Part shown: piece after piece, positions 15,617 to 20,000 of the stretch
Numbering within the stretch: the stretch's first letter is position 1
Layout: each line of letters begins with the position of its first letter
Notes under the pieces: generated by a model
Database searches by the model: none
What the model was told of the DNA's origin: nothing
Seen by the model: the letters and a program-made list of their open reading frames with translations, nothing else
Program-made: the position numbers and the translations under genes
Source: an uncultured virus (IMG/VR IMGVR_UViG_3300008108_000202)
Taxonomy: Duplodnaviria; Heunggongvirae; Uroviricota; Caudoviricetes
Length of the DNA: 20,000 nucleotides
Virus record (IMG/VR): IMGVR_UViG_3300008108_000202
Direction: 5' to 3' (one strand)

Positions 15617-17998
15617 TTAAACTTGCTGATATATTTCTGAAATATTATTTTCTTTTTTGATTTTTATTATGGAATCCGCCCATTGACTGATCATAGGATT
15701 ATGGGTGATAACAAAAATTTTCTCAAAATACTCTTTTATTTTAATGAAAAATTCAGATACCATATCTAAATTATCATTTGATATTTTACCAAAAACCTCA
15801 TCAAATACAACAACATTTGGTTTAGGTAAAGAACATATTTTACTTAAAACTGATCTCAAAGCCAAAGATGCAATTGTTCTTTCATATCCAGATCCTGATG
15901 TCATTAGTTTTTCAATACCCGTACTATTATCTATCATAATGAATTCAACCTCATTTTTATCATTAATCCTAATTTCTAATCTGAAGTATGAACTATCCTC
16001 CATTAATCTTTGTAATTCAGAATTTATCAAAGGCATCATTGTTTTCATAATAATTTTTGATACACCATTTTTACCAAAAGCCTCCAAGTAAATCTTATAA
16101 AGTTTTTCTTTTTCAGACTCTTCATTTATTTTAATGATAGTCCTCAAGTTGGTTTCTATTTTAGATCTAAGATTATTAATTTCAAATTCGTTTGAAGTTA
16201 TTTTATTTTTTTTATCTGCCTTTTCTCTTTCCAAATCATCAATTCTCATTCCAGCTTTAATCAACAAACCTTCAATTTTTTCATTTTCTTTAATTTTATC
16301 AAGAAGTTGGTTATATCTTTCCATTTTCTGATTGAGATTTTGGGTCTTCAAATCAAAACTTTCAACACTTAATTCGTATTTTTCTCTGATAAGTTTGTTT
16401 TTTTCATACTCATCAAATTCTTTTTTCAACCTTACAAATGTTTGTTCTATGCCTGTTAAAACCTGCATTGTTGTCCAAATTGTATCTTTTTGCATGATAA
16501 AACCATCAAGTTCTGAAATTTTTTGATTGGTGATCGCTGCGTTTATTAACTCAATTCCACAATGTTCACATTTAATTCCACCTTCAACTGAAGTTTTTAA
16601 TTTTTCAATTTCTTCAATTTTTGTTTCAAGTTGGATCAACTCTTTATTTAAATTGTTATATTGTTCTTTTGCTTCGTCGTGTTTATCTTCGTGATAATAT
16701 TCAGATGGTTCAATAACATTTATTTCATTCATTTTTTTAAGAACTTCATCTTTTTGATAATTCAATGAATTAATTTCTTCTTGAACTTTGGTTGGGTTTG
16801 TTTGCGCAATTTCATTATCAATATCTGTATGTTTTTTTCTCAACATATCATCGCGATAATTTTTACCCACCTTTAATTTTTCTTCAATATCAACAAGTTC
16901 AACATTAAGAGTTTTAATCTGATTATTAATATTATTAATGTCTTCCTCATACTGTTTATTGTCTTGTTTTAATTGTTCGGTATTATAAACATTTGATAAC
17001 ATTGATTTTGAAAAGTCCGAATACAATGTTTTTGCAACTTCTTCTTTTCTTTTTAAGAATTCAAGACCCATAAATCTTGAGAGGACTTGACCCCTAGCCG
17101 TAGGCTTGGAGTCAATGAGATCCTCAAGATTGGTTGCGGTGGTTAGAATCGTCATCAAAAAATCTTCTTTGGTTCCGATTGAGGACTTAATAAAGTTTTC
17201 AGTTTCTCTTCTTTGTTCACCAGTAAAATTCTGTAAACTCCCATCCGCAAGTTTTTTGAAAAAGTCCAATTCAGTTTTAACATTCCACTCACCTTTTTTG
17301 GACATTTTTCTTTCAATGTTTCTTACTATGATATACTCTTCACCATCAATAATAACATCTCCCTTAACAACAACCTTATCCTTGTTTGTAAATCTATTAA
17401 AGATTTCCTCTGCCTTTGTCGTTTTTGTTGTTTCGTTAAAGAATAAAAACATTAGTAGATCCACACTTAATACCGTTTTACCCCCAAAATTTGGTGGATT
17501 TGATTCAATAATAGTTATACCATTACATTTGTCAAAATCAATTTTTTGGTTATCACCATAAGATAGGAAATTAGAAAACTCAATGTTTTTAATATACCAT
17601 TTTTTGAATGATGTTGCTTCATCATAGGATTCAGAAACTTTATTTTCAACAATATTATTAATTGATAATATCTCATCAGTTTGAGATTCAAATCCTTTTG
17701 ATTTTAAAAATTCACGAAGTAGATCAATCTGATAATTACTATCCATTATGTTGACGGATACATCAACACTTTGCATAGTATCTTGCTCAACATTTTTAAC
17801 TTTAGTTACTACATTTACATTTGTTGAGTTGTACTTTTTCTGAAAATATTGTTTTACACTTTTTATCTTGTCTTGCGTAAAATTTTCTTGTATATCTTCC
17901 CATACAACTTGTATTGTTGGGTTTTGAAATTCAGAAAAATCTAAATCGTTTATCATAATTTTATAATTAAATGGTTTTGGTGGATTAAATAGATCCAT
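15617..17998 (-). CDS. sbcC: SbcC/Rad50 (T4 gp46-like) recombination ATPase with a ~130-aa N-terminal extension
   Basis: FSNFLSYG, Walker A NFGGKT, coiled coils, zinc hook CEHC, signature-like GSGYE, Walker B VVFDE, H-loop VITHN. Confidence 0.92.
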   Translation of the reverse strand: MDLFNPPKPFNYKIMINDLDFSEFQNPTIQVVWEDIQENFTQDKIKSVKQYFQKKYNSTNVNVVTKVKNVEQDTMQSVDVSVNIMDSNYQIDLLREFLKSKGFESQTDEILSINNIVENKVSESYDEATSFKKWYIKNIEFSNFLSYGDNQKIDFDKCNGITIIESNPPNFGGKTVLSVDLLMFLFFNETTKTTKAEEIFNRFTNKDKVVVKGDVIIDGEEYIIVRNIERKMSKKGEWNVKTELDFFKKLADGSLQNFTGEQRRETENFIKSSIGTKEDFLMTILTTATNLEDLIDSKPTARGQVLSRFMGLEFLKRKEEVAKTLYSDFSKSMLSNVYNTEQLKQDNKQYEEDINNINNQIKTLNVELVDIEEKLKVGKNYRDDMLRKKHTDIDNEIAQTNPTKVQEEINSLNYQKDEVLKKMNEINVIEPSEYYHEDKHDEAKEQYNNLNKELIQLETKIEEIEKLKTSVEGGIKCEHCGIELINAAITNQKISELDGFIMQKDTIWTTMQVLTGIEQTFVRLKKEFDEYEKNKLIREKYELSVESFDLKTQNLNQKMERYNQLLDKIKENEKIEGLLIKAGMRIDDLEREKADKKNKITSNEFEINNLRSKIETNLRTIIKINEESEKEKLYKIYLEAFGKNGVSKIIMKTMMPLINSELQRLMEDSSYFRLEIRINDKNEVEFIMIDNSTGIEKLMTSGSGYERTIASLALRSVLSKICSLPKPNVVVFDEVFGKISNDNLDMVSEFFIKIKEYFEKIFVITHNPMISQWADSIIKIKKENNISEIYQQV

Positions 17999-18001
17999 TT
18001 G

Positions 18002-18247
18002 TTATTCATTAACACTTTCTTCGTTTGTTACAGAAATTTCAGTTGTTTGTTCTTCTTGACCATCAACAAATTCAAAGTTCAATGGTTTATCACCCATTTG
18101 AATATTCAATTCCTCATTTTGCTGAAGTTTGTCCATTTCTTCCTTTAGGAGTTTATTAAATTGTCTTTGCACTTTAGTTTTTTCCTCAGAAATTCTTTGA
18201 TTTCTTTTTGCAACTTTTTTTCTGTGTTCTTTGGTTTTCTTACCCAT
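18002..18247 (-). CDS. Hypothetical protein (81 aa; basic N-terminus, acidic C-terminus)
   Basis: MGKKTKEHRKKVAKRNQRI..., with an A-rich leader. Confidence 0.7.
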   Translation of the reverse strand: MGKKTKEHRKKVAKRNQRISEEKTKVQRQFNKLLKEEMDKLQQNEELNIQMGDKPLNFEFVDGQEEQTTEISVTNEESVNE

Positions 18248-18273
18248 CGTTTTTATTTTTGATTGTTTAAAAA

Positions 18274-18384
18274 TTATTCCTCTTCTTCGGTCTCATCCTC
18301 TTTTGAAATGGCGATCTTAATCGTTTCAGGAAATATCTGATTAATTCCTACCCCAACTTGTACTTCAATGTAATTTTCTTCCAT
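18274..18384 (-). CDS. Small acidic protein (36 aa)
   Basis: Not in the track. MEENYIEVQVGVGINQIFPETIKIAISKEDETEEEE*, preceded by an A-run; fills the gap between neighbouring genes. Confidence 0.55.
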   Translation of the reverse strand: MEENYIEVQVGVGINQIFPETIKIAISKEDETEEEE

Positions 18385-18394
18385 TTTTTTTTAA

Positions 18395-18754
18395 TTATAA
18401 AACATTATTATTTGGTCTATTTTCTTCAAACCATTCTATTATTGCATTTATCGCCCATACCGATCCTGATGATAAAATACCATCAAAAAACCAACTAATA
18501 CCTACTGGTGTTCCAAATAAATCAAATGTTGGTGAAAATATAACCAACGATAAAAACCATCCTCCGTGAAATCCAAAACACATAGGACAAGATAGAATTC
18601 CAGATATAAATTCACCAAATGGTCTTAATGGGGCGTATTCATTTTCTCCCCATTTTTTAAAAAAATTTCTTAATCCCGCAAAAATTGAGGAAAAAACCAT
18701 AATGTTCATAAGCCCATAACTTAAAATGAACCATGTTAAAATGTTAATTGTCAT
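18395..18754 (-). CDS. DUF1360-like membrane protein
   Basis: Hydrophobic segments around LSCPMCFGFHGGW (CPxCxG motif). Confidence 0.65.
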   Translation of the reverse strand: MTINILTWFILSYGLMNIMVFSSIFAGLRNFFKKWGENEYAPLRPFGEFISGILSCPMCFGFHGGWFLSLVIFSPTFDLFGTPVGISWFFDGILSSGSVWAINAIIEWFEENRPNNNVL

Positions 18755-18755
18755 A

Positions 18756-19445
18756 TTATAATCTTTGTGTTAAATTTGACCCCTTAAGATAAACTGCACC
18801 TTGACTTACCTTAATTGATTCTAATTGTTTATTTATTGTTTCCAATTCTTTTATTTTTTCTTCTTTTAATGATAGTTCTTTTCTCAATTTCTGTAAAGTA
18901 TCGGATAACATTTTTAATTTTTCATTATTCTCCACTTCCTTTATTACTTCTACTTCTTTAATGATCTCAACCGGTGGTTTGTCTAAAAGAATGTCTAAAT
19001 TACGTCTAAGTTCGTCTAATTCTTTATCCTTTTTAGACATTTCATTCATCAATTCGGCAACTTTTTTTCCAAGTTCATCTTCTGTTGTTTTGTCACAAAT
19101 ATATTCTACTTTTGTGACAACTTTTTCCACAACAACTTCCTTAATCACTTCAACAGGAACCTCAACAATTTTTTCAACCTCTCTGATGACTTCAACAGGT
19201 ATTTCCACTCGTTTTTCAACTATTACCTCTTTTTCCACCCATTTTTCTTCAATCCCGTCTATTTTTAAGTGTTTTTCACCTTCATTAAGTGTTTCTCCCA
19301 ATAATCCATACTTTTCAATATTGAACCCTGATTCAAAACATTTCTTTATAAACCCGTTAACATCTTCAATATTATTGAGTTTACAATATGCAGACACTGC
19401 CTGCACTATTTTGTTACTAAAGATTTTTGAGTAATTCGGTTCCAT
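18756..19445 (-). CDS. Coiled-coil protein with V/E/K/P-rich repeats
   Basis: EKEVIVEKRVEIPVEVIREVEKIVEVPVEVIKEV plus heptad regions. ATG 19445 preferred over the track start at 19460. Confidence 0.75.
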   Translation of the reverse strand: MEPNYSKIFSNKIVQAVSAYCKLNNIEDVNGFIKKCFESGFNIEKYGLLGETLNEGEKHLKIDGIEEKWVEKEVIVEKRVEIPVEVIREVEKIVEVPVEVIKEVVVEKVVTKVEYICDKTTEDELGKKVAELMNEMSKKDKELDELRRNLDILLDKPPVEIIKEVEVIKEVENNEKLKMLSDTLQKLRKELSLKEEKIKELETINKQLESIKVSQGAVYLKGSNLTQRL

Positions 19446-20000
19446 TTTCAATATCTTCAAATGATTTTATGGAAAATTTCAAAAATGGTCTTGGGTTGAA
19501 TAGGTCAACATAACTGTACTGATTGGTTTCCACATCATAAATACCATATCCATGTCTTCCAATACTTTCACCAACATTCTGCTGTATTGTTGATCCAATC
19601 ATATACCCTTTACCTGTTTTAAAACTAAACTCTTGTCTTTTATGGATATCCCCACACAATACAATATCAAGACCATCAAATTTTTCCATATCATACGCAT
19701 GATCTCCGAAATCATATCCAAGATCTGTCGTCATTCCTTGTATTGGTCCATGAAATAACCCTACTTTAATCCCTGTTGCAACATTCAAATCAGGTGGAAT
19801 GTTCCCTTGATACTGTGAATAAACACACCAACTTATATTCTCATCTTCATACACACCCCTACCTTTGTAGTAGTAAATATTTGGGTTATCAAGTGAAGAA
19901 ATAATTGGCGTTAAAGCGTCAAGCCTTTCTGTGTTATTCACAAGAAAGTCGTGATTTCCAGGAATAATGATAATTTTTGCAATTTTCACACATTCTGATA
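19417..20000 (-). CDS. sbcD: SbcD/Mre11 (T4 gp47-like) metallophosphoesterase nuclease, partial (start beyond the right edge)
   Basis: GNHD, FHG, GDIH and GS.IQQN.GE motifs. The frame is open to the window edge and the gene lies near sbcC. Confidence 0.88.
   Translation of the reverse strand, partial: SECVKIAKIIIIPGNHDFLVNNTERLDALTPIISSLDNPNIYYYKGRGVYEDENISWCVYSQYQGNIPPDLNVATGIKVGLFHGPIQGMTTDLGYDFGDHAYDMEKFDGLDIVLCGDIHKRQEFSFKTGKGYMIGSTIQQNVGESIGRHGYGIYDVETNQYSYVDLFNPRPFLKFSIKSFEDIENGTELLKNL

Noticed and set aside
683..19434. Antisense or alternative-frame ORFs in the track (e.g. 683-1042, 1899-2090, 2415-2600, 3711-3920, 9603-10019, 13875-14375, 15705-16091, 17106-17561, 18961-19434)
   Set aside because: They overlap well-supported genes and have the F/L/S/I-rich composition expected from the reverse complement of K/E/N-rich coding sequence.
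1..20000. Stop-codon reassignment (TAG/TGA recoding seen in some large phages)
   Set aside because: Conserved genes are intact and densely packed in the standard code. The one broken gene needs a frameshift, not read-through.
1..20000. tRNA/rRNA genes, IS elements, and homopolymer phase-variation tracts
   Set aside because: Intergenic gaps are short with no cloverleaf or transposase seen. A/T runs are expected at this composition and do not break frames.

Overview
Gene-dense, strongly AT-rich window with mostly minus-strand genes. It is best explained as part of a large (jumbo-type) tailed dsDNA phage infecting a Bacteroidota host. The host inference rests on repeated TTG-N19-TAnnTTTG promoters, A-rich non-Shine-Dalgarno starts, and a sigma factor resembling the Bacteroidota primary sigma. 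Recognisable genes: partial DUF932 protein, free-standing GIY-YIG-like homing endonuclease, repeat + LRR protein, D12/Dam-class adenine methyltransferase, DnaJ, Hc1-like small protein, probable virion/head-associated proteins (one with DUF5661), a candidate lysis/envelope cluster (DUF6808-like, degenerate amidase, frameshifted membrane protein), RpoD-like sigma, a DUF6576 protein, and SbcC/Rad50 and SbcD/Mre11 separated by four small genes. Main oddities: SbcC begins with a peptide resembling the SbcD C-terminus and carries a ~130 aa extension; a gene cassette is flanked by repeated host-type promoters, with the downstream copy running straight into a terminator; a terminator-like hairpin buries a start codon; and there are two promoter classes. 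No tRNA, rRNA or CRISPR array was seen. All family names come from motif recognition, not database searches.
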